From: Raja brachyura
Lineage: Eukaryota
NCBI GenBank assembly: GCA_963514005.1
Contig: OY740782.1
Span: 64,666,001-64,730,000 of the forward strand
Direction of reading: 5' to 3'
Length of the DNA stretch: 64,000 bases
Shown: piece by piece, positions 1 through 10,824 of the stretch
How the letters are laid out: every line of letters starts with the position of its first letter
Position numbering within the stretch: the stretch's first letter is position 1
Made by a program: the position numbers and the translations under genes
The notes under the pieces: generated by a model
The model's input: only the letters and a program-made list of their open reading frames with translations
Told to the model about the DNA's origin: nothing
The model's database searches: none

Positions 1-1208
1 CCAACATCCATTACAAACCAACTGATTCCCACAGCTACCTGGACTACTCTTCCTCCCACCCTGCTTCCTGTAAGGACTCCATCCCCTATTCCCAATTCCT
101 CTGTCTACGCCGCATCTGCTCCCAGGATGAGGTGTTTCACACCAGGTCATCACAAATGTCCTCGTTCTTCCAAGAATGGGGATTCCCCTCCCGCACTATA
201 GATGAGGCTCGCACCAGGGTCTCCTCCATACCCTGCAACACTGCCCTCTCTCCCCATTCCCCCACTCCCAACAAGGGCAGAGTCCCCCTGGTCCTCACCT
301 TTCACCCCACCAGCCGGCGCATACAACAGATAGTCCTCCATCAGTTTTGCCACTTCCAACGTGAACCCTCCACTCGCCTCATCTTCACATCCCCCCCCCG
401 TCTGCCTTCCGCAAAGACCGCTCCCTCCGCAACTCCCTTGTCAATTCTTCCCTTCCCTCCCGCTCCACCCCTTCCCCGGGCACTTTCGCTTGCTACACTT
501 GTCCCTTCACCTCCCCCATCCACTCCTTTCAGGGACCCAAGCAGTCCTTCCAAGTCCGACAGAGGTTCACCTGCACCTCCTCCAACCTCATCTACTGCAT
601 CCGTTGCTCTAGATGCCAGTTGATCTATATCGGTGAGACCAAGCGGAGGCTGGGCGATCGTTTCGCCGAACACCTCAGCTTGGTCCGCAATAACCAACCC
701 AACCTCCCAGTGGCTCAGCACTTCAACTCCCCCTCCCATTCCGTATCCGACCTCTCGGTCTTGGGCTTCCTCCACGGCTAGAGTGAGCAGCACCGCAGGT
801 TGGAGGAACAGCACCTTATATTCCGCTTGGGGAGTCTGCATCCTCTGGGTTTAAACATTGAATTTTCTCAATTCTGTTAACCCTGGCTGCCTCCTCCACT
901 TCTCACCTCTCCCTCAGCCCTCGGGCCCTGGCATTCCTTCTCTCTCTATCTCTCCCCCAGCCAAGTCGCACTAGCTTCTCATTTTCACACTACAAACAGC
1001 TTACAATGGCCTGTTTCCTTTATCTTCGATACTTTTTTGCATATCTTTCATTCATTGTTCTTTATCTCTCCGCATCACCGTCTATATCTCTCGTTTCCCT
1101 GATCCCTGACCAGTCTGAAGAAGGGTCTCGACCCGAAACGTCGCCTATCTCCTTCGCCCCTTAGATGTTGCTGCACCCGCTGAGTTTCTCCAGCTTTTTG
1201 TGTAACCC
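1..1208 (+). mobile_element. Penelope-like element (Neptune-type), 3' portion: RT C-terminus, GIY-YIG endonuclease, pseudo-LTR; runs off the left edge
   Basis: Translates to HYKPTDSHSYLDYSSSHPASCKDSIPYSQFL and SNLIYCIRCSRCQLIYIGETKRRLGDRFAEHL (GIY-YIG with CxxC); frameshifted; ends in a pLTR with hammerhead motif; very similar to 46475-47380. Confidence 0.93.
1115..1142 (+). ncRNA. Minimal hammerhead-ribozyme motif in the Penelope pseudo-LTR
   Basis: CTGAAGA-A-GGGTC-TC-GACCC-GAAA-CGTC: CUGANGA box, 5-bp stem II, GAAA, palindromic ACGT stem III and UH site; stem I pairing is weak. Confidence 0.7.
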
Positions 1209-1738
1209 TTATCGGGATACACATAGCTTGGCTTGGGAACAGCTCCATCCAAGACCTCGAGAAATTGCAGAGAATTGCGGATGCAGCCCAGACCATCACA
1301 CAAACCCTCCCTTCCATTGACTCCATTTATACCTCAGCTGGCCTCAGCAAGGCCAGCAGCCTTGTTGAGGCAGCCTGTGGATGTCACACCCCTGGCCACT
1401 CCCTCTTCTCCCCTTTCCCTTCAGGCAAAGGTATAAAAGTGTGAAAACGCACAGCTCCAGATTCAGAGACAGTTTCTTCCCTGCTGTTATTACACAACTG
1501 AAGCATCCTACCACAACAAGAGAGCAGTCCTGAACTTCTATCTACCTCATTGGTGTACCTTGGACTATCTTTAATCGGACTTTGCTGGCTTTACCTTGCA
1601 CTAATCGTTAATCCCTTATCATGTATCTATACGCTCAATTGCAATCATGTGTTGCCGTTCCACTCACTGGTTAGCACGCAACAAAAATGTTTCACTGTAC
1701 CTCAGTACACGTGACATTATATTTAACTGAAACTGAAC
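1209..1738 (+). mobile_element. Rex1/Babar-type LINE 3' fragment
   Basis: Degenerate AWLGNSSIQD-EKLQRI...HPGHSLFSP..SG...RFRDSFFP C-terminal motif, then 3' UTR ending in aactga repeats. Confidence 0.75.
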
Positions 1739-1814
1739 CTCCTGTGTTATAAGGTGGGCAAACAGGCCTACACAGCTGGGTGTGAGGGGACCTGTGCTCT
1801 CTGAATATTAATAG

Positions 1815-3097
1815 AGAAGGTAGACAAAAATGCTGGAGAAACTCAGCGGGTGAGGCAGCATCTATGGAGCGAAGGAATAGGTGGCGTTTCGTGTCGAGAC
1901 CCTTCTTCAGACTGATGTGGAGGTGGGGGGGGGGGGCGGAAAGAAGAAAGGAAGAGGCAGAGACAGTGGGCTGTGGGAGAGCTGGGAAGGGGAGGGGATG
2001 GAGGGAGAAAGCAAGGACTACCTGAAATTGGAGAAGTCATGTTCATACTGCTGGAGTGCAAACTACCCAAGCGAAATATGAGGCATTGCTCCTCCAATTT
2101 GCAGTGGGACTCATTCTGGCCATGGAGGAGGCCCAGGACAGAAAAGTCGGAAACAGAATGGGAGGAAGAGTTGAAGTGCTGAGCCACTGGGAGATCGGGT
2201 CCATTAATGCGAACTGTGCGAAGGTGTTGGGCGAAGCGATCATCAAGCCTGCGCTTGGTCTCACCGATGTAGAGCAGTTGATACCTAGAGCAGTGGCTGC
2301 AATAGATGAGGTTGGAGGAGACCTGGAAAGACTGCTTAGGTTCTTGGATGGAGTCCAGGGGGGAGGTAAAGCGACAAGTGTAGCATTTTCTTCGGTTGCA
2401 AGGGAAAGTACCAGGGGAGGGGCTGGTTTAGGTGAGAAGGGACAAATTGACCAGGGATTTGCGGAGAGAGTGGTCTATGTGGAAAGCTGAAAGGGGAGGA
2501 GATGGGAAGATGTGGCCAGTGGTGGTATCCCGTTGGAAGTGTCGAAAATGTCGGAGGATTATCTGTTGTATGTGTTGGCTGGTAGGGTGGAAGATGAGGA
2601 CAAGGGGGACTCGGTCCTTGTTACAAGTGGGGGGATGGGGAGTGAGAGTGGAGCTACGGGATAGAAGAGACCCTGGTGAGAGCCTCATCTATAGTCGAAG
2701 AGGGGACTAAAGAATGAGGACATTTCCGATGCCCTGGTCTGGAACACCTCATCCTAGGTGCAGATGCAGCGCAGATGGAGGAATTGGGAGTAGGGGATAG
2801 AGTCCTTACAGGAAGCACGGTGGGAAAAAGTGTAGTCCAGATAGCCATGGGAGTCAGTAGTTTTATAGTAGATTAGTAGTCGGTTAGTAGTCTGTTACCT
2901 GCGATGGAGATAATGAGGTCTAGAAACGGTAGGGAGATGTCGGAAATGGTTCAGGTGAATTTGAGTGCCAGATGGAAGTTAGTGGTGAAATGGGTGAAGT
3001 CAGTGAGTTCTGCATGGGTGCAGGAGGTGGCACCAATGCAGTCGTCAATGTAGCGGAGGTAGAGTTCAGGGATGGGGCCATGGTACGCCTCAAACAA
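1815..3097 (-). mobile_element. Penelope-like element fragment (second subfamily), RT to pLTR
   Basis: Minus strand gives GPIPELYLRYIDDCIGATSC..FTTNFH, RVPLVLIFHPTS, a GIY-YIG region and a pLTR with hammerhead motif (~1885-1912). Confidence 0.9.
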
Positions 3098-3484
3098 AGA
3101 GGAGTAGTTATTTAATGATAGTGGTGTTTTGAACATCACTATAGCTTGTCAAAGTAGATAGACTTATTATAATCTTTTTATATATTTGGTTAAAGCAGGC
3201 ACAGATGCCTTTTGATCATGATTTCAAACTTTGGTAACTATCATTAGTTATCAGACTTCTTCTCATTACCACAGAAGTAATCAAGTCCCATTCCAGGTAT
3301 TTAAGGACCAAATCTAAGCTGACATTCTGAAGCTCTGCGCTGTCAGAGATGGCATATTTCTTAATGCAAACTATAGCAAGGCCCTGCCTGCTCTCTCAAG
3401 TACAGAACAGGAGAGTTATCTGTGACAAGATGTCCAAACTTTATTCCTCAGCCAATATTTCAAAAGCAGATTATTTGGCTATTA

Positions 3485-3598
3485 GAAAGGACCCGACCCG
3501 AAACGTTACCCATCCTTTTTCTCCAGAGATGCTGCCTGACCCGCTGAGTTTCTCCAGCTCTTTGGGTCTATCTTTGGTATCAACCAGCTTTCTACACA
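3485..3598 (+). mobile_element. Solo Penelope pLTR fragment
   Basis: cccgaaacgttaccc...gatgctgcctgacccgctgagtttctccagc, shared with the other pLTRs. Confidence 0.75.
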
Positions 3599-3727
3599 CA
3601 TTGCTTAATGCTTAATGCTTGTTGGAGTTTCTTACCATATTTCTTATATTATAATGAGGACTGTACTTGTTTTTCTTCTTTCGTGTGGCGTGCACAGCCT
3701 AAATTTGTTGGACAAGTTATATTTGAT

Positions 3728-4783
3728 GGTTACACAAAAAGCTGGAGAAATGCAGCGGGTGCAGCAGCATCTAAGGAGTGAAGGATATAGGCGACGTTTC
3801 GGGTCGAGACCCTTCTTCAGACTGGTCAGGGATCAGGGAAACGAGAGATATAGATGGTGATGTGGAGAGATAAAGAACAATGAATGAAAGATATGCAAAA
3901 AAGTATCCATGATAAAGGAAACAGGCCATTGTAAGCTGTTTGTAGTGTGAAAATGAGAAGCTAGTGTGACTTGGGTGGGGGCGAGATAGAGAGAGAAGGA
4001 ATGCCAGGGCCCGAGGGCTGAGGGAGAGGTGGGAAGGGGAGGAGGCAGCCTGGGTTAACAGAATTGTGAAAATTCAATGTTTAAGTCCAGAGGATGCAGA
4101 CACCCCAAGCGGAATATGAGGTGCTGTTCCTCCAACTTGCGGTGTTGCTCACTCTAGCCGTGGAGGAGGCCCAGGACCGAGAGGACGGATACAGAATGGG
4201 AGGGGGAGTTGAAGTGCTGAGCCACCGGGAGGTCGGGTTGGTTATTGCGGACCGAGCGGAGATGTTCGGCGAAACGATCGCCCAGCCTCCGCTTGGTCTC
4301 ACCGATTATAGATCAGCTGGCATCTGGAGTAACGGATGCAGTAGATGAGGTTGGAGGAGGTGCAGGTGAACCTCTGTCGGACTTGGAAGGACTGCTTGGG
4401 TCCCTGAAAGGAGTGGATGGGGGAGGTGAAGGGACAAGTGTAGCATCTCTTGTGGTTGCAAGGGAAAGTGCCCGGGGAAGGGGTGGAGCGGGAGGGAAGG
4501 GAAGAATTGACAAGGGAGTTGCGGAGGGAGCGGTCTTTGCGGAAGGCAGACAGGGGGGGAGATGGGAAGATGTGGCGAGTGGAGGGGTCACGTTGGAGGT
4601 GGCAAAACTGGCGGAGGACTATCTATTGTATACGCCGGCTGGTGGGGTAAAAGGTGAGGACCAGGGGGACTCTGCCCTTGTTGTGAGTGGGGGAATGGGG
4701 AGAGAGGGCAGTGTAGCGGGGTATGGAGGAGACCCTGGTGCGAGCCTCATCTATAGAGCAGGAGGGGAATCCCCGTTCTCTGA
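3728..4783 (-). mobile_element. Penelope-like element 3' fragment, inverted near-copy of ~170-1208
   Basis: Reverse complement aligns along its length with the first element, including GIY-YIG and pLTR; ends at the same tgtgtaacc point. Confidence 0.92.
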
Positions 4784-4897
4784 ATATGTGATTCTATTCC
4801 ATTCTGTAGTTTTTTTTGCACAATCCGCAAGCATTGCCACTTTTCATTTCACTGCACAGCTCGTATGTGTATGTGACGAATAAACTTGACTTGACTT
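4784..4897 (+). mobile_element. Rex1-type LINE/SINE 3' tail
   Basis: tttcactgcac...gtgacgaataaa followed by (cttga)n. Confidence 0.6.
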
Positions 4898-5113
4898 GGC
4901 CCCTGGTTCTGGTCTCCCCCAACATCGGCAACATTTTTCCTGCAACTTGCCTGTCCAATCCCTTAAGAATTTTATATGTTTCTCTAAGATCTTCTCTCAT
5001 CCTTCTAAATTCCAGTGAATATAAGCCCATTCCATCCAATCTTGCATCATATGTCAGTCTCGCCATCCTGGGAATTAACCTGGTGAATCTACGTAGCACT
5101 CCCACAATAGCAA
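4897..5113 (-). mobile_element. CR1 LINE ORF2 3' fragment
   Basis: RRFTRLIPRMARLTYDARLDGMGLYSLEFRRMREDLRETYKILKG...TRTRG. Confidence 0.9.
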
Positions 5114-6227
5114 TGGTTTGTGCTTTCTACACATGTATCTTGTGACACCATTTTCTCCATGGATGCCTGTGTTTGGTTGAGTGATTAATTGGTTGCATAA
5201 CTTTAAAACTATCTTAGTGACTTTACTGTAAAATATCCTTTTTTCACTTTATCCACCTTTGCAAGAGAGCACAGCTTACAGAACCTTATTTAGTGCCTAT
5301 CTGTCTATTTCCCGATTAGTTACCATGCCTGATTGAATTTCTAGGCTTCGTAGTGTAAATGTTTCCTTGAACGAGGAAAGGGTTTGGATAATGTGGAGAG
5401 GGTGCGTAAACTGTTTTTTTTTTGTAAATTCTTTTTTGTCACCTCTTTATCTAGTATATTTGTTAAAAATTGGAAATATTTATTTGCATAATGAAATGGC
5501 ATGGCATTTTTTTCCTGTGTTGTTGTCTAAGATTTAAAAAAGCATTACAACTCTCTGGAGATTCGAGTAAAAATTAACACCAGAAACATTAGAATATTTC
5601 TTTATAGACTCTGACAAATATAATAGTAAATATCAAAGGAACTGTGGAAGCTCATAATACTCAACAGGACAGGCCATATCTATGGGAAGAGAAGCAGAAC
5701 GTTGCGTAAGTGCCAAAATCCTAAATGGACTACCTGGGGTGTTGTCAGACAAAACTTAATGCAAACCCACTCCGATTACATCTTTGATTCTTGTGAGGGG
5801 CATGTGTTGAAGGATTGATGGAGTAGTGATGGTGTACATGGAACTTTTGGCTGTTATCAGTCATGCAAGTTTTAACAGTCATTCTTTGGCTTGGTGCATG
5901 TGCCAATGGTAAAATGTTTGATGTGGATGCTTTTTCGCTGAAGTTCATTGTGGTTGTGACTGAATAGTTTAGTTTAGTTTATTGTCATGTACCGAAAAAC
6001 AGTGAAAATATTTTTTGGTGCGTGATATCCCTTTGTTTTGTAAGTTATTTTGTAAGTCTAACTACATATTAGCAAGACGAGGTGTCTTTTAAATTACTCT
6101 GAATCACAGTATGAAGCATAATGAGTTCACATTCAACATGATTGAGACAGTACATTATGCAGGGAATAATTACACACATAGAAACATGGAAATACAGATA
6201 CTAGTCTCAACAATATACAATGTCTCA

Positions 6228-7442
6228 ACGATTAGCGCCCTGTAGCACTCACTCCCATAATGATGAAGTGCTTCGACAGGCTGGTCAGGGACCATATTAC
6301 CTCCAGACTCCACAGAGGCCGCTATATCCTCCGTACTCCATCTGAGCCTGGAACATCTAGAGGAGAAGAGCACTCATGTGCGAATGCTGTTCGTGGATTT
6401 TAGTTCAGCATTCAACACGATTATCCCCCAGCACCTGATAAGCAAACTGGTTCCATTGGGCCTCAGCACCCCCATGTGTAACTGGCTACTGGACATCCTC
6501 ACTGACAGACCCCAGTTTGTGAGAGTTGGAAATAACACCTCTAACACCATCTCTCTGAGCACCGGCTCCCCTCAGGGCTGTGTCCTGAGTCCACTGCTGT
6601 TTACCCTGATGACTCACGACTGTTGTGCCAGGTTTAGTACAAACCACATCATGAAGTACGCAGATGACACAACAGTGGTGGGCCTCATCCGGGATGACAA
6701 TGAGCTGGCTTACAGGGAGGAGGTGAAACAACTGGTGGATTGGTGCAATACCGAACAACCTGATCCTGAATGTCGAAAAAACAAAGGAGGTCATCGTCGA
6801 CTTCTGGAAAAACCGGCACAGTCGCACACTACTTCACATCAATGACAGCGATGTGGAGGTGGTCAGTAGCACTAAGTTCCTGGGGGTGCAGATCACTAAC
6901 AGTCTGACCTGGTCAAATAACATCTCATCAACAGTTAAGAGAGCACAGCAGCGGTTGCATTTTCTGCGCCGGATGAGAAGAGCTCACCTCCCCCATCCCA
7001 TCCTCACCACTTTCTACAGGGGCACCATAGAGAGTATTTTGAACAGCTGTATCTCTGTCTGGTTTGGGGACTGTAAAGCCTCCGACTGGAAGTCCATGTA
7101 GAGAGTGGTGAGGACAGCGGAAAAAATCATCGGGACTTCTCTCCCCTCAATCGGGGATATTGCGACCAAGGACAGCAGTATTATAAAAGATATAATACAG
7201 TATTATAAAGATATAACATCTGCATCACGGACTGTTCACTTTGCTGCCCTCGGGCAATTGTAGCATAAGGATCAGAACATCAAGGTTCTGCAACAGCTTC
7301 TTTCCACAAGCCTTCAGACTCCTGAATGCCATGTAATGGGCTGCCACCATTGTCTATTTATCCTTTTATCCATTTTTATCCATTTTTATCCATTTTATCC
7401 TTCTGTTAATTATCGTGTTGCAACGGGAGCCGAATGCAACAG
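6228..7442 (+). mobile_element. Rex1/Babar-type LINE, 5'-truncated and frameshifted; 3' UTR interrupted by DIRS
   Basis: RT motifs [33 protein letters not shown], then KFLG..VKRAQQRLHFLRR and FCNSFFPQA; UTR resumes at 12712. Confidence 0.92.
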
Positions 7443-7665
7443 AATAGTAAGATTGAACGAGAACTTACCAGTTCGAAGGTTGATCTTTATTTTATGAGGA
7501 GTCGAAGTGAGGGATTTCGTGAAGAGCCCGCCGGCGCGCATGCTCGACATACTTCAAAGTAGCGGCGTGGAGTCACAGAAACCAACAAAAGAAATGACTT
7601 CGCATAGTAAGATTGAAGTGACTAAGATTACCAGATGAAGGTGATTGAGGGTTGGGCGAGGAGGG

Positions 7666-7778
7666 CACGAAATCCCTCACTTCGACTCCTCATAAAATAA
7701 AGATCAACCTTCGAACTGGTAAGTTCTCGTTCAATCTTACTATTTCATTTCGGAGTCACGTGAGTGACTTCGTGAAGA
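7666..7778. repeat. DIRS internal complementary region (ICR)
   Basis: 7666-7744 is the exact reverse complement of 7443-7521 (79 bp); 7742-7778 is the reverse complement of 12675-12711 with one mismatch. Confidence 0.96.
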
Positions 7779-7920
7779 CTTCAAAGCTTCTGTGATTACA
7801 CGCCCTGGACCACGTCCATGCTGACACACCACTACCAGGGATGGATGGGAGGAACAAACTTGCTCAACAGTTCATACTGCAAAACAAGAGCAGAGTTATT
7901 AATAACAAATCAAAAACCCC

Positions 7921-8920
7921 TCATGCGGGGACATCTCCACGTTCTTGACCTGCATTCAGCACGGCTTCTGCGAACTGTAGAGGAGCAGCAACAGGCTTGT
8001 TATAAAAACGCTGGAACACAGCTTCATTAGCCCATCCTGCTGTGGCGAGAATTTGGTCCATGGGCACCTCCATGACCCTCGCCGCTGACGTCGATGCAGC
8101 CCTGGTGGAATGAGACTTGAACACATTAGTGTCGATACCTGACTTACCCAAGACGACTCGAAGCCACCTGGATATCGTCTGGACTGACACTCGATGATGA
8201 GGTCTCTTATGAGTGACAAGCAGGTATCTCTCCATTCCTCTGATGCGTGCCATCACCTTGACATAGTGGCGGATATGTGAGGCTAACATAGCCTAGCATC
8301 TGCGGGATATGCCGGGAACTTCAGCTGCAGCCCTGTGCACCCAGGTCTATGCTGCTTTAGTAGCTCGTCAATGAAAAAGACTACTTCTGTGGGGGTAGAC
8401 GTCATTCTGTCGACACGAAGTTTGTGTAGTGTCTGTACCCTCTGAGCTGAAGTCAGCGCTAGTAACATCACCAGCTTCATGGTGAGTTGGTCCAGTTGGA
8501 GCCCTTCCATGGGTGACCACGTCCTGAGCAGGGTTAATACGTCCCTGACATCCCAGGTGATATTATAGCGTGGTGTAGGCGGATTCATATTGAATATACC
8601 CCGCATGAGTCTGGACACTAGCCTGTTGGATCCTACCTCCAAACTGAGGTAGAATGATAGCGCACTTCTGGCGCTGTTGATGGCACTGTAACTTAAGTGT
8701 TCATCATGGTGCAACCCCGCGAGGAATTCCAGGACGTCGGTTATTGTCACGTCATCGTACGTGATGCGAGAGCGGCTGCAGTAGGCTTCCCACTTCTTAA
8801 TATGCGAGCGGTATCTTCGCCTTGTGGACTCTCGACACGACGCCCCGATGGTATCCATGGTCCGAGCCGAGAGGCCGTATTGGACTAACGGCCTGTTCAG
8901 AACCTGCAAGCCAACAAATT
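7921..8920 (-). pseudogene. DIRS tyrosine recombinase, frameshifted near 8285
   Basis: SYSAINSARSALS, LLALTSAQRVQTL (catalytic R), FKSHSTRAAS (HxxR), AGW...FQRFY (catalytic Y). Confidence 0.93.
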
Positions 8921-10790
8921 TAAATAGCCATGGCAGGGATGTGGCTCCCCTGAGACAGGGTGAGTAACCAATTGTGGGCAACCCTTCAAAAGGACCCAAG
9001 GTTCGTTGAGCATGTCAAAGACCACCGGATACCAAGGCTGTGTGGGCCAGTCGGGTATAATAAGGATGCCCTTGGCAGCATCTGCCTGAATCTTTCGCAA
9101 TACCCGACTGATGAGGCAAAACGGGGGATGGCATAGAAAAACCACTTCCCCCAGTCCAGCGAGAATACATCTAGCGCTATAGCCCCAGGATCTGGTTCCC
9201 ATGAAACGTAGGTTGGTACCTGATGGTTCAACCGTGACGCAAAGAGGTCAATGTCCGGTTTACCAAATTTGGCTGTGACTTTAGAAAAAATCTCAGGATG
9301 CAACATCCATTCAATATTGTCATTAAATTTGCGTAACCTGGTGTCCGCCACAGTATTAAGCTCACCTGGCAAATAGGTAGCTGAAATCCAAATGTCTCTT
9401 TGAACACACCAGAGCCAAATTGAGTTAGCCAATTTGTCACACGAAACTGACCTGGTACCACCCATATGGTTTAAATATGCTACTGCTGCGGTGTTGTCTA
9501 TTTGGAGACGGACATGTGCTCCAACAACCTTGGAACAATACGCACGAAGTCCGTGGAATGCTGCCAGCAACTCCAAATAGTTAATCCCTTGAGTTAACAA
9601 CATCGTTGATTCAAGGGTGTCCCATCTGCCACCACAACTAGAGCAATTATTTGTGGCTCCCCAACCATTGGAGCTTGCATCAGTTTGCAAATATACCACC
9701 GGATTAGCCTCCCTAACAGGCTTGAATGAGCTGCTAATGTGACACACCCACCATTGCAACTCATTTATCGCTTCGTGCGGCAGCTGCATGGACCGATCAT
9801 AATGACCAGCGTTCTGTTTTAACGCAGCAATTTTAGCTCTTTGCAAATTCTGATAATGCAAAGGTCCATATCGCGCTGCCGGAAACAAAGCTACCAGCTT
9901 CCCAATTACTAAGTGCCGAATCGATGGTATATTGGTGCGGATTAAATCTTGACACACCTGGGTAACCTCCTCAATCTTGTTAATTGGAATGGTAACCCTC
10001 ATGCTTATAGAGTTCACCGTGAACCCTAGGTAATTAATCACCTGGGCAGGGTAGAACTTTGATTTCTCTGGATGGACAATAAACCCCAATTGTTGAAATA
10101 TATCGACAGCAACTGCAACACCCTGTTCAGCCAATTCCAGGGTGTGGCCCACAATTAAGATATCATCTAAATAGGCCATAACTATATGGTGTCATTGTCT
10201 CAAATAAGCCATAATTGGCTTCACTAATTTAGTGAACAATCTAGGGCTGTGGTGAGCCCATTAGGCAAAGCCGTGTACTGCCAGAGTTGCCCCATCCAGA
10301 TGAATTTCAAAAACCTTCTGTCACATTTCTGGATGGATACGGAATAATATGCGTCTTTTAAATCGATGCATGCCATAAAGCAACCATGAGAAATCAATGA
10401 TTTGGCTGTTTCAAACGTATCCATTTTAAAATGAGTATATGTTACAAAAGAATTCAAACGGGTTAGATCAATAATGACACGACAACCTCCATCCTTCTTA
10501 GGTCTGGTGAATATGTTCGAAACAAATTCAACTGGCTCATGCACCACTCTCTCAATCACTCCTTTGTGCTCAAGACTTAACAGTTCCTTATAGCCAGCTG
10601 CCTGTTCTGCAGCAGATAATTTAAACGTTCGAGCGGGCATGTGCTGGGATGGAGGAATGTCGCCATTAATAAACTCAATTTTATGCCCCTGAATATTCTG
10701 CAACACATACTCGTCACCAGTAAAATTACCCCATGCACCCAAAAACAACCGAAGGCGACCACCAACATGTGAAGTTAAACAAAGAGAGAA
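8897..10790 (-). pseudogene. DIRS pol: reverse transcriptase, RNase H and Dam-like methyltransferase domain (disrupted)
   Basis: VGGRL, KKDGGCRVIIDL, IDLKDAYYSV, LPNGL, AYLDD; TDASSNGWG, INYLELLA, DNTAAVAY; DIDLFASRLN..YA-PPF..PDWPTQPWYP; frameshifts near 10243 and 9125 and a stop near 10192. Confidence 0.94.
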
Positions 10791-10824
10791 CCAGACCCCC
10801 TCACCCCCGTGGTTACCGGCGGTC

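Noticed and set aside
7170-7400. Short tandem duplications (cagtattataaagatataa x2; tatccattttt x4)
   Set aside because: Ordinary slippage within a dead LINE.
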